Below, piece after piece: positions 20,982 to 29,922 of a DNA stretch of 64,000 nucleotides. The stretch is taken from positions 1,824,001 to 1,888,000 of the forward strand of contig CAWHFW010000005.1 of assembly GCA_963828735.1 (NCBI GenBank), given 5' to 3'. The translations under genes and the position numbers were made by a program. The notes beneath the pieces were generated by a model. The model saw only the letters and a list, made by a program, of their open reading frames with translations, had not been told where the DNA came from and did not search any database. Source of the DNA: an uncultured Gemmatimonadales bacterium. Its GTDB lineage: Bacteria; Gemmatimonadota; Gemmatimonadetes; Gemmatimonadales; GWC2-71-9. Every line of letters starts with the position of its first letter. Positions within the stretch are counted from its first letter, which is position 1.

Positions 20982-23062
20982 CGGGCGGACATGGCCGCGG
21001 GCCGCGGCTCGAGCTGGGCGTGGGCGGCTTCGACGACGCGTTCGACGGTGAACCCGAACTTCTTCTGCAGCTCCTTGAGCGGCGCCGACGCGCCGAAGGT
21101 CTCCATCCCGATCGTCGCCCCCGAGGGGCCGACGTACCGTTCCCACCCGAACGTACTGGCCTGTTCGACGGAAACCCGCGCCGTCACCTCCGGCGGGAGC
21201 ACACCGTCACGGTACTCCTGGCTCTGCTGCTCGAACAGCTCCCACGACGGCATGCTCACCACCCTGGTCCGAATGCCCTCGGCCGTGAGCCGCGCGTGAG
21301 CCTCGACGCAGAGCGACACCTCGCTTCCGCTCGCGACCAGGATCAGCTCCGGCTTTCCGCCCTCGGCGTCGGCGAGGACGTAGGCGCCCTTCGCCACGCC
21401 ACGCTCGGAGGCGTACTTGCGCCGGTCGAGGGTGGGGAGCGCCTGCCGCGAGAGGACGAGCACCGCCGGCTCGTGCTGGAGCCGCATGATGACCCGCCAG
21501 GCTTCGACGACTTCGCTCGCGTCGGCCGGGCGGATCGTGATCAGGCCGGGGATCGCGCGGAGCGAGGGCAGCTGCTCGATCGGCTGGTGGGTGGGGCCAT
21601 CCTCGCCCACGCCGATGGAGTCGTGGGTGAAGACGTGGATGGTCGGGATCTCCATGATCGCGCTCAGGCGAACGGAGGGGCGAGCATAGTCGCTGAAGAT
21701 CAGGAAGCTGGACCCGAACGCCCGAACCTTGGAGAGTGAGAGCCCGTTCACGACGGCAGCCATCGCGTGCTCACGCACACCGAAGTGCATATTCCGGCCG
21801 CCGGGGTTCTGGGCGGTCAGGTCGCCGGCCCCCTCGAAGACGAGCCGCGTCTTGGTGGAGGGAGCGAGGTCCGCCGCGCCGCCGATGAGCCAGGGGACAT
21901 TCTTCGCGATCGCGTTCAGCACCTTGCCCGACGAGTCGCGGCTGGCGATGCCTTTCGGATCCGCGGGGAACTGGGGAAGATCGCGATCCCATCCGTCGGG
22001 CAGGCGGCGTCGCTGCATCCGGTCGAGATGGTCGGCCAGCTCGGGATGGAGGCTGCCGTACTCCTCGAACCGCGCCTCCCAGGCCTCGCGCAGCTCGTGC
22101 CCGCGGCGGCCGACCCCGTCCCGCAGGTGTTCGCGGACACCGTCGGGCACCAGGAACTTGGCGTCCTCCGGCCAGCCGTAGAACCGCTTGGTGAGACGAA
22201 TCTCCTCCTCGCCCAGCGGCTCGCCGTGGGCGGCGCCGGTGTCCTGCTTGTTGGGCGCGCCGTATGCGATGTGGCTGTCCACGATGATGAGGGTCGGGCG
22301 GTTCGTGGTGTTCTTGAAGACGTGCAGGGCGCGACGCAACATCTCGAGATCATTGGCGTCTCCCACCCGGGTCACGTTCCAGCCGTAGCCGATGAAGCGC
22401 GTCGCGGTGTCGTCGGAGAAGGCCCAATCGGTGTGACCCTCGATCGTGATCTTGTTGTTGTCATAGATCCAGCAGAGGTTGGACAGCTCGAGGTGTCCGG
22501 CCAGCGAGGCGGCTTCCCCGGTGATCCCTTCCATCATGTCGCCGTCGCCGCACAACGCGTAGACGTTGTAGTCGAACAGATCGAACCCTTCGCGGTTGAA
22601 GTGAGCCGCCTGCCAGCGCCCGGCGATCGCCATTCCCACGCTGGTCGCGACCCCCTGGCCGAGCGGCCCGGTGGTGGTCTCGACCCCGGAGGTCAGGCGG
22701 TATTCCGGGTGGCCGGGGCATTTGCTGTCGAGTTGCCGGAATCGCTTGATGTCGTCGAGGGTGACCGAAAGCTCGCCGAGCCGCTCGTACTGCGGGTTCA
22801 CCGCCTTGACGCCGGTGAGATGGAGCATGGAGTAAAGCAGCATCGAGGCGTGACCGTTGGACAGCACGAAGCGGTCGCGATTGGGCCAGATGGGGTCGTC
22901 CGGGTCGAACCGGAGGAAATCCTGCCAGAGGCAATACACGACCGGCGCCAGGGCCATCGGGGTGCCGGGATGGCCGGAGTTGGCGGCCTGCACGGCGTCC
23001 ATGGCGAGGGTGCGGATGGTGTTGATCGTCAGGAGGGGGAGGTCTTGCGGCTTCGCTGGCAT
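20978..23062 (-). CDS. tkt: Transketolase
   Basis: [29 protein letters not shown] and [16 protein letters not shown]. Confidence 0.97.
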   Translation of the reverse strand: MPAKPQDLPLLTINTIRTLAMDAVQAANSGHPGTPMALAPVVYCLWQDFLRFDPDDPIWPNRDRFVLSNGHASMLLYSMLHLTGVKAVNPQYERLGELSVTLDDIKRFRQLDSKCPGHPEYRLTSGVETTTGPLGQGVATSVGMAIAGRWQAAHFNREGFDLFDYNVYALCGDGDMMEGITGEAASLAGHLELSNLCWIYDNNKITIEGHTDWAFSDDTATRFIGYGWNVTRVGDANDLEMLRRALHVFKNTTNRPTLIIVDSHIAYGAPNKQDTGAAHGEPLGEEEIRLTKRFYGWPEDAKFLVPDGVREHLRDGVGRRGHELREAWEARFEEYGSLHPELADHLDRMQRRRLPDGWDRDLPQFPADPKGIASRDSSGKVLNAIAKNVPWLIGGAADLAPSTKTRLVFEGAGDLTAQNPGGRNMHFGVREHAMAAVVNGLSLSKVRAFGSSFLIFSDYARPSVRLSAIMEIPTIHVFTHDSIGVGEDGPTHQPIEQLPSLRAIPGLITIRPADASEVVEAWRVIMRLQHEPAVLVLSRQALPTLDRRKYASERGVAKGAYVLADAEGGKPELILVASGSEVSLCVEAHARLTAEGIRTRVVSMPSWELFEQQSQEYRDGVLPPEVTARVSVEQASTFGWERYVGPSGATIGMETFGASAPLKELQKKFGFTVERVVEAAHAQLEPRPAAMSAR

Positions 23063-23353
23063 GGCGGGCTATCCCTTCGATGGCGCACTCTGTACGGGCA
23101 ACGACTTCAGGCGGGCCGGTTCCGCGGCCCGCAACTGCCGACCCGGAAAAATGGGGCGTCCGGCAGCCTTCTGGAACATACCCTGGCCCGCTGGTGGGCA
23201 GTCGGTTACCGGATCGTGACGACCGAGCCCGACCGAGGCCGTTACCGACGTCACTGTGGATCGACTGGCCGAGAGCTATACTGAGGCCTTCGCCCGCCCG
23301 TTACGCATTCGGTCGTGGGCGGCGCCTGTTCCGCTCAGCCCGGAGGTCAATCC

Positions 23354-24766
23354 ATGAGCCCTCCACCTGACCTTCCCAACCTGCACGTCGGCGAAGGCGC
23401 GAGGCGTCTGGCGCTGAAGCTGCTCGACGATGCCACCGCGCCCCGCTCTCGACTCTCGAATCCCTCGGACGCGGAGGCCTTGCATGACTATCGGGTGGCC
23501 CTTCGGCGACTGCGGAGCTGCCTGAGGGCGTACCGTAAATTTCTCCGGTCGACCTTAAAGGCGAAAACGGAGACCCGTTTGCGCCGGCTGGCCCGTGCGA
23601 CGAACCGAAGTCGCGATCTGGAGGTCCACCTCGCCTGGCTGAGCGAACAGCGCAACCGGGTTGCCGAGAGGGACAGGCAGGGTGTCGCCTGGATGGTCGA
23701 GCGCCTGACCGCCGAGCAGGACCTCGCTCGGGAGAAGATGCTGGATCTCGATGAGCGACTGTTCCCAAAGGTGCAGCCGCAGCTTGTCCGCCAGCTCAAC
23801 CGGTTTCGCGCGACGATCCATCTGGACACCGGCTCGCGCCGGTGGTCGACTGCCGCAGTCACGGCGCGGCGCGTCCGCACGGAGGCCGCGCGCCTCAAGG
23901 AGCGCCTCCGGTCGATTCGAGGCTACACGAGTGTTGAGGCCATTCATCGCGCTCGGATCGCCGCCAAGCATCTCCGGTATCTGCTGGAGCCGTTCGCCAA
24001 GGGGATTGGCGGTGGGCAGGAGGTCGTCGACCGCCTCAAGGGGCTGCAGGATGGCTTCGGCGATGTCCATGACGCCCAGGTCTTCGCCGTCGAGCTCGAG
24101 GGGGCCCTCCCCGAGGCCGACGGCACTCCAGCCGCCGGCACCGGGCTCATCCCCGGTCTCGAGTCCGTGATGGCTGTCCTGCGAGCCCGTGGGCTCCGGG
24201 CATACGAGCAGACCGCCCGCGATTGGCTGGGTGACTCGGCCGATCCGTTCTTCGGCCAGGTCGATGCCCTGTCCGACGCGATTGCCGGGCTGGCCGACCG
24301 CGATCAGGAGATCGAGCGGAAGTTTCTCCTGACCGGGCTTCCATCTCTCGAAAAGGCGGGGCGGCCGGTCGAGATCGAGCAAGGATACCTGCCGGGGGAG
24401 CGGCTCGTCGAGCGCGTGCGCCGCATCGCATCCGAGGACGGCGTGCAGTTGGTCCGGACCGTGAAGGAGGGCTCCGGTCTCACGCGCCTCGAGGTCGAGG
24501 AGGCACTGACACCGGAGGTATTCGACAGCCTCTGGCCACTCACCCAGGGTCGGCGACTGCGGAAACGGCGATATCGGGTCCCTGACGGAGACATGACGTG
24601 GGAGATCGACGAGTTCATGGACCGGGATCTCGTGCTGGCCGAGGTCGAGCTGTCCCCGGGCTCGTCGACCGACGTCGAGTTGCCAGCGTGGCTCCGACCA
24701 CACGTGGAGCGAGAGGTGACGGAGGACGAAGCGTACAGCAACCTCAGGCTCGCATCGGGCTCCTGA
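23354..24766 (+). CDS. CHAD domain + CYTH (triphosphate tunnel) fusion protein
   Basis: CHAD: LHDYRVALRRLRS, IHRARIAAKHLRY, LQDGFGDVHD. CYTH: EIERKFL, IEQGYL, RKRRY, WEIDEF, AEVEL, YSN. Confidence 0.88.
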   Translation: MSPPPDLPNLHVGEGARRLALKLLDDATAPRSRLSNPSDAEALHDYRVALRRLRSCLRAYRKFLRSTLKAKTETRLRRLARATNRSRDLEVHLAWLSEQRNRVAERDRQGVAWMVERLTAEQDLAREKMLDLDERLFPKVQPQLVRQLNRFRATIHLDTGSRRWSTAAVTARRVRTEAARLKERLRSIRGYTSVEAIHRARIAAKHLRYLLEPFAKGIGGGQEVVDRLKGLQDGFGDVHDAQVFAVELEGALPEADGTPAAGTGLIPGLESVMAVLRARGLRAYEQTARDWLGDSADPFFGQVDALSDAIAGLADRDQEIERKFLLTGLPSLEKAGRPVEIEQGYLPGERLVERVRRIASEDGVQLVRTVKEGSGLTRLEVEEALTPEVFDSLWPLTQGRRLRKRRYRVPDGDMTWEIDEFMDRDLVLAEVELSPGSSTDVELPAWLRPHVEREVTEDEAYSNLRLASGS

Positions 24767-24958
24767 GGTCGCCCCCCGCGGGACCGTCGCCACCTCGCCA
24801 TCGCACAGCCACAGGGCGCCTCGCGGTAGTTCGGCGGCTGAACCCGGGGCACCGCACGCTCGGGCTATACTTTCAGTAGCATCTCCACCATCGCGCTTGG
24901 CAGCCCGACCACGGTCGCGTTCACCGCCATAGCCTCAACCAAGAGAGCAAGAACACTC

Positions 24959-25888
24959 ATGGACGCACGCCTGTTCAGAGCGATTGTCCTTGCACCGGCG
25001 ATGGCGGCCTCACTCAATACCCATCCCGCCACGGCCCAGGTGGCGCCATTTCCTGCAACCTTTCACGCGCGACGGATCGCCACCAACGGCACGACCCTCT
25101 ATGTACGGATGGGCGGCACGGGTCCGGCGGTCGTGCTGCTCCATGGTTACGGCGAAACCGGGGACATGTGGTCGCCGCTGGCCGCGAGGCTGGCGACCAG
25201 CCACACGGTCATCGTGCCCGATCTGCGGGGGATGGGGCTTTCCGCGAAGCCCAGCGGCGGCTATGACAAGAAGACGCAGGGGCAGGATATCGCGGGCGTG
25301 CTGGCGGCGCTCAAGATCGACAAGGCCGACCTGGTCACGCACGACATCGGCAACATGGTGGGCTATGCCTTCGCCGCCGAGCATCCCGGGATGGTGACGA
25401 GGTTCGTCATCATCGACGCGCCGCTGCCCGGCGTCGGTCCGTGGGACGACATCGTCCGCAGCCATGCGCTCTGGCACTTCTCGTTCTGGGGCCCGGACGC
25501 CGAGCGGCTCGTCGCCGGCCGCGAGCGAATCTATCTCGACCGATTCTGGAACGAGTTTTCGGCCGACCCGAAGAAGTTCTCTGAGGCCTCGCGCGTGCAT
25601 TACGCCAAGCTCTACGCCCAACCGGGTGCGATGCACGCCGGCTTCGAGCAGTTCAAGGCGTTCGACCAGGACGCGATCGACGACAAGGCGTTCGTCGCGA
25701 AGGGCAAGCTGGCGATGCCGGTGCTCGCGGTAGGCGGGGAGAAGTCGTTCGGGCCCAAGATGGCCGAGGTCATGCGCTTCGCCGCGACCAACGTGGAGCA
25801 GGCCGTGGTGCCAAACTCCGGCCACTGGGTGATGGAGGAGAATCCGGCCGCCACGATCTCGCTCGTGACCGGTTTCCTCGCGAAGTGA
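24959..25888 (+). CDS. Secreted alpha/beta hydrolase (epoxide hydrolase/haloacetate dehalogenase-like)
   Basis: LLHGY, THDIG (Asp nucleophile) and GHWVMEE; signal peptide. Confidence 0.88.
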   Translation: MDARLFRAIVLAPAMAASLNTHPATAQVAPFPATFHARRIATNGTTLYVRMGGTGPAVVLLHGYGETGDMWSPLAARLATSHTVIVPDLRGMGLSAKPSGGYDKKTQGQDIAGVLAALKIDKADLVTHDIGNMVGYAFAAEHPGMVTRFVIIDAPLPGVGPWDDIVRSHALWHFSFWGPDAERLVAGRERIYLDRFWNEFSADPKKFSEASRVHYAKLYAQPGAMHAGFEQFKAFDQDAIDDKAFVAKGKLAMPVLAVGGEKSFGPKMAEVMRFAATNVEQAVVPNSGHWVMEENPAATISLVTGFLAK

Positions 25889-26871
25889 CTCCGGAGAATG
25901 GCGAGCAGTTCCATAACCCTTGGCCCGACAGCGAGCCGCACGGTTGGCGCGACGTGCTCCGAATGCTCGCTCAGCGCCGGTCGGTCGCCCGGGCCGCGAC
26001 GCCGCGGCGCGGCGCCTTCCCGTCGACCACGCCGATGATCGCCTACCCGCGCGCGGGTGAGGGCGAATTCACTGCGACGTGGATCGGGCATTCTACCGTG
26101 CTGCTGCAACTCGGCGGCATCAATGTGCTGACCGACCCGGTCTTCAGCCAGCGAGCCTTTCCAGTGCAATGGATCGGACCGCGACGCGTCATGGATCCCG
26201 GGCTGCCCATCGACGCCCTTCCCCCGATCGACATCGTCGTCCTCTCGCACAACCACTACGATCACCTCGACAAGCCTGCCGTGAAGCGCCTCGCCGCGGC
26301 ACACCCGAAGAGTCGGTGGATCGTGCCGCTGCGACTCGGGGCCTACCTTCGACCCTGGGGTGTCCACGACATCATGGAGCTGGACTGGTGGCAGCACCTC
26401 GAGGTCAAAGGTGTTCGGATCACGGCGACTCCGGCACGGCATTTCAGCGGCCGGGGCCTGCGGGATCGGAACAGGTCTCTCTGGTGCGGGTTCGCGCTCG
26501 CCGTAAACGGGGCGCGCGCGTTCTTCGCCGGTGACACGGCCTATCATCCGGAGTTCGGGGCAATCGGCTCGAGATGCGGCCCGTTCGACTTCGTGATGAT
26601 CCCGATCGGCGCATACGACCCCCGCTGGTTCATGCGGATCGTGCACGCGGACCCGGAAGAGGCGGTGCAGATCTACGAGGACCTGGTCGCGCCGCATCGT
26701 GATCAGCCGCTTCCCGTCATGCTCGGTATCCACTGGGGGTGCTTTCGGCTGACCGACGAGCCGATGGACGAGCCGCCACGACGGACGGGTGCGCGCTGGC
26801 GTGCCGCTGGGTTGGATGAGGACCGACTCTGGATCGCCCGCCTCGGTGAGACGCGGCGCCTGAAGAGGTAA
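25885..26871 (+). CDS. MBL-fold metallohydrolase, NAPE-PLD/RomA-like
   Basis: WIGHST, LTDPVF, SHNHYDHLD, FAGDT, PIGAY and IHWG. Confidence 0.9.
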   Translation: MTPENGEQFHNPWPDSEPHGWRDVLRMLAQRRSVARAATPRRGAFPSTTPMIAYPRAGEGEFTATWIGHSTVLLQLGGINVLTDPVFSQRAFPVQWIGPRRVMDPGLPIDALPPIDIVVLSHNHYDHLDKPAVKRLAAAHPKSRWIVPLRLGAYLRPWGVHDIMELDWWQHLEVKGVRITATPARHFSGRGLRDRNRSLWCGFALAVNGARAFFAGDTAYHPEFGAIGSRCGPFDFVMIPIGAYDPRWFMRIVHADPEEAVQIYEDLVAPHRDQPLPVMLGIHWGCFRLTDEPMDEPPRRTGARWRAAGLDEDRLWIARLGETRRLKR

Positions 26872-26967
26872 GGCGACTAGGAAGAGCTCCGTCGGAGAGC
26901 GCGACGACTCGGGCTGCGTGACCGTCGCCGCAACGCGTCGTCCAGCCCTCGGCGTGAAGGACGTTCC

Positions 26968-27243
26968 TCAAACGTCATGCCCTCGCCCACCGATCGCCAG
27001 GAACGCCTCTACCAGCACCCGCCGCTCCGATGGCAATGTCTCCAGCCAGTCGTCCAGGTCGCCGAGGAGGGTGACCCGCTGGTTCTTGAGATCCGCCATC
27101 TCCCGCTGCATCAGCTCAGCCGTCGCTTCGTCATCGAGATGGTGGAGGCGCTCCTTGAGAAACGCGTACTCGGCGTCGAGGCGTCGGATCTGGCGGACCA
27201 GCCGATCGATGTGGACGGGAAGATCGTCGTCGGATCGGGCCAC
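26968..27243 (-). CDS. Hypothetical small coiled-coil protein
   Basis: Protein-like helical heptad composition; starts 1 nt after the upstream gene's stop. Confidence 0.6.
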   Translation of the reverse strand: MARSDDDLPVHIDRLVRQIRRLDAEYAFLKERLHHLDDEATAELMQREMADLKNQRVTLLGDLDDWLETLPSERRVLVEAFLAIGGRGHDV

Positions 27244-27244
27244 C

Positions 27245-27511
27245 CTACGCGGGGCTCTCGGGCCGACTGAGCGCCGCGAGGCTGGCCCGGCCGGCCGACG
27301 TGAGTCTGGCGGAGAAGGCGACGGGTCCCTGAGGATTTCCCCGCGTCTGGACGACGCGGACGCTTACGATCAAGCCTTGGGCCTGCAGCTTTTCCAGGCT
27401 CGCGATCAGGGTCTCCATCGAGGTGTGTGCCTCCCGGAGCCCGGCCCGCGGCACGATCAGGCCCGCGGGCGACTCCGCGATCCGCCGCAGGAGGTCGAGA
27501 TGATCGGGCAT
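27245..27511 (-). CDS. Hypothetical protein, possible winged-helix fold
   Basis: LEKLQAQGLIV...ARLTSAGRASL resembles a wHTH wing and terminal helix. Confidence 0.55.
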   Translation of the reverse strand: MPDHLDLLRRIAESPAGLIVPRAGLREAHTSMETLIASLEKLQAQGLIVSVRVVQTRGNPQGPVAFSARLTSAGRASLAALSRPESPA

Positions 27512-27586
27512 GGTAGAGGATTCGGCTGGAGACCGGGGATACGATACGGACGCGGGGTGGGCTCGGTGAGAAGGCGTCCGTAACAA

Positions 27587-28057
27587 TCAGGTATCTGGCC
27601 GTGCACCGGGCCCGAAGGCACCGATCCGCGGGAGTGCCGCCCCGTCGTCCTCGCCGAATTCCCGCCAGTCCTCGGCGTCGTCGGCCGGCGATGGATCCTC
27701 GACGACGAGCAGGCGCGTCACGAGCCCATCCCGGAGGTCGAACAGGAGCGCGAACTCGCTCTGGGCCACCAGCCCGCTCGGCTCGAGGGCAAAGCGCTCG
27801 TCGATCAGGACGAGCACTCGCCTGTTGCGGGACGCGTAGGTCACCCGCCAGAATGCGAACAGCTCGCGCAGGGCCTCGAAGTAGTCCACGACCGCGGTCC
27901 TGCCGGTCCCCTCATGCCTCTCCGGGCCATCGGGCGTGGCTACGGCCAACACGACGTCGTCGGCGAGGCTCTCCAGCAGCGGCTCGAGGTCACCCGACGC
28001 GAGCACGCGGTCAAGAATGTCCTTCACCAGGGCCAGATCGTCGGTCATCGTCGGCAT
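27587..28057 (-). CDS. SnoaL/NTF2-like family protein
   Basis: GDLEPLLESLADDVV, GRTAVVDYF and FDLRDGLVTR; GAGGTG RBS. Confidence 0.75.
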   Translation of the reverse strand: MPTMTDDLALVKDILDRVLASGDLEPLLESLADDVVLAVATPDGPERHEGTGRTAVVDYFEALRELFAFWRVTYASRNRRVLVLIDERFALEPSGLVAQSEFALLFDLRDGLVTRLLVVEDPSPADDAEDWREFGEDDGAALPRIGAFGPGARPDT

Positions 28058-28090
28058 CGAGTCCACCTCGTTCGGTCGTGATACTAGGTA

Positions 28091-28117
28091 GTCGAACAGG
28101 GTGGTCCGATTTCGACA
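28091..28117 (-). promoter_or_regulatory. ECF42-type promoter TGTCGA-N17-CGAC upstream of the SnoaL gene
   Basis: Minus strand reads TGTCGA aatcggaccaccctgtt CGAC, 33 nt before the start codon. Confidence 0.55.
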
Positions 28118-28349
28118 AGCCCAGGGTCGGCCGGCGAGCCTCGATCGCCACGTCATAGGACAACAATCCCTTCATTTACTTGGATTACGACGGCCAAGGC
28201 GGGCGTCTGCTTCGTGTCGAAGCGGCCGCCCACCCCCTCAGGAGCGTGCCGTCCTTCACGAGGACGTGCTCGAACGTAGGATGGTAGTGCGGGGCATCCG
28301 GTCGCCGTCCGGCATCGCGAGTTGGATCGTGGATTGTCCGGGCCCTGTG

Positions 28350-29087
28350 CTATGGACGGCTGCCCGCCGCAATCGTCTGTCGCGCCGTGGCGACGCGGTG
28401 GCGCAGGGCGGGCACCGCGGACGCGGTCGCCGGGTTCGCTGCCAGCTTGCCAAGGGCGAGGTCCACGGCGTCGAGGCCGAGGTTCGCGCCGAACCGGGTG
28501 GATGCCCGGCTGAGCGCGCTCTGGAACCGGGGATCGGCCGCCAGCTCGGTCTCGCCGAGTGCCTGTGCCTTGGCGACGATGTCGGAGAGAGCGGCGAACG
28601 CACGCTTGGCGGTTTCGGGAGAGGAGAGGTTGCCGCCGGCGAACTGCGCGACTTCGGGCAGGCTGGTGGCGAAGCGCTGCATCGCGGCGGCCTGCTGCGC
28701 GTTGCGCGGGTGATTCTGGTGCATCACCGCCTGGGCGGCGCCCATGATGGTGAACGGCGCCATGGCGGCGTGGGTCAGCAACGGTGTCCCGGAGACGACG
28801 CCGGCGAGCGGCAGGCCGACGAGCGCCAGACTGCCCAGCGCGTGGACGAGGTGCAGCGTGCGGCCCGTGAGGCCGAACACGACCCGGAGCACATCGCGCA
28901 CCGGCACGAAGCCGAAGATCGCCGCGGCGATCAGACTCACGAGCGCCGCGTCCGGCTGCTGCTCGACCTTGAAGTGCTCGTATGCCGCGAGACAGCCGAG
29001 GGCAATCACCAAACAGGCGACGTGCAGCAGGATCCTGCGCGCGATCGAGCGCCGCGGGGCGGGTGGCATCATGTTCGGTTGTCGCAT
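28350..29087 (-). CDS. Hypothetical membrane protein (about 4 TM segments plus a helical C-terminal domain)
   Basis: Hydrophobic segments and protein-like composition; no family recognised. Confidence 0.65.
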   Translation of the reverse strand: MRQPNMMPPAPRRSIARRILLHVACLVIALGCLAAYEHFKVEQQPDAALVSLIAAAIFGFVPVRDVLRVVFGLTGRTLHLVHALGSLALVGLPLAGVVSGTPLLTHAAMAPFTIMGAAQAVMHQNHPRNAQQAAAMQRFATSLPEVAQFAGGNLSSPETAKRAFAALSDIVAKAQALGETELAADPRFQSALSRASTRFGANLGLDAVDLALGKLAANPATASAVPALRHRVATARQTIAAGSRP

Positions 29088-29365
29088 GGGCGCTCCCGGA
29101 CTGGGCGTCGGCTGCGGACCTGGCGCTGCCACACCCGCGTGCCTCACACGGAGAATCTGGATGTCGGAACCCACTGACGCCAGCGAGGGACCCGTCACGC
29201 GCGACGACCGGCTCGTCGGTAACGCGCGCGGGTGGGCAGGGAACCGGCCGGGCCGTCCTGGCCACGATCCCTCATGAGCCGATTTTCCCGTCGGCGGCGT
29301 ATTACTCAGTGGCGGCACTCATCCCGAGGCGCTCGCCGGTCCTGTTGCCCTGGAGGGTGTCGGCC

Positions 29366-29479
29366 ATGCGCACTCCCGTCTTTGGTCTCAGCACCACGCC
29401 GGTGATGGACATCAAGTCCGAGCTGCGCCTGCTGCTCGAGCGAGAGATGTTGGCGCTCGTGTACCGGACTCCCCGCTAG
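29366..29479 (+). CDS. Putative 37-aa small protein
   Basis: GGAGGG RBS, ATG and amphipathic helix (MRTPVFGLSTTPVMDIKSELRLLLEREMLALVYRTPR), followed by a GC hairpin. Confidence 0.35.
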   Translation: MRTPVFGLSTTPVMDIKSELRLLLEREMLALVYRTPR

Positions 29480-29628
29480 TGCGGAGGACCCGCCGGCCGC
29501 CGCAGGCTTCCGGCGGCGCTTCCCGTGGTGCAGCGAGCCGTAGGCGGGAATGACACCGCCACCGGCCGCCGCCACCGGAGGGCGCGCACCGGAAGTCTGC
29601 CATGATCCACTCCCACCCGCCGCCGGCC

Positions 29629-29904
29629 CTACACCCCCGCGGCGAACGCCGCCAGCCCCCGATTGAACGCCACAGGATCATCCCAGAACGCCGCGTGCCC
29701 CGCATTCGGGATCATCTGGACCTGCGCGTGCGCCAGGCCGGCCTTGTGCCGGTCGACCGCGATGGGCCTGACCACCGCATCGTCGGCGCCGTGCGTGATC
29801 AGCACTGGCTTCCGGATCGTCGGCAGGAGGTCGTTGTTGTCGAAGGCACGGGAGAAGAGGCCCTGGCGGACGTAGGGCGGCACCGACACGCCGTACCCGA
29901 GCAT
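29629..29904 (-). pseudogene. C-terminal fragment of an alpha/beta hydrolase
   Basis: PVLITHGADDAVV and AGHAAFWDDP are present; the nucleophile half is missing and an in-frame TAG lies just upstream. Confidence 0.7.
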
Positions 29905-29922
29905 GAGATACAGCTAGCGCTG

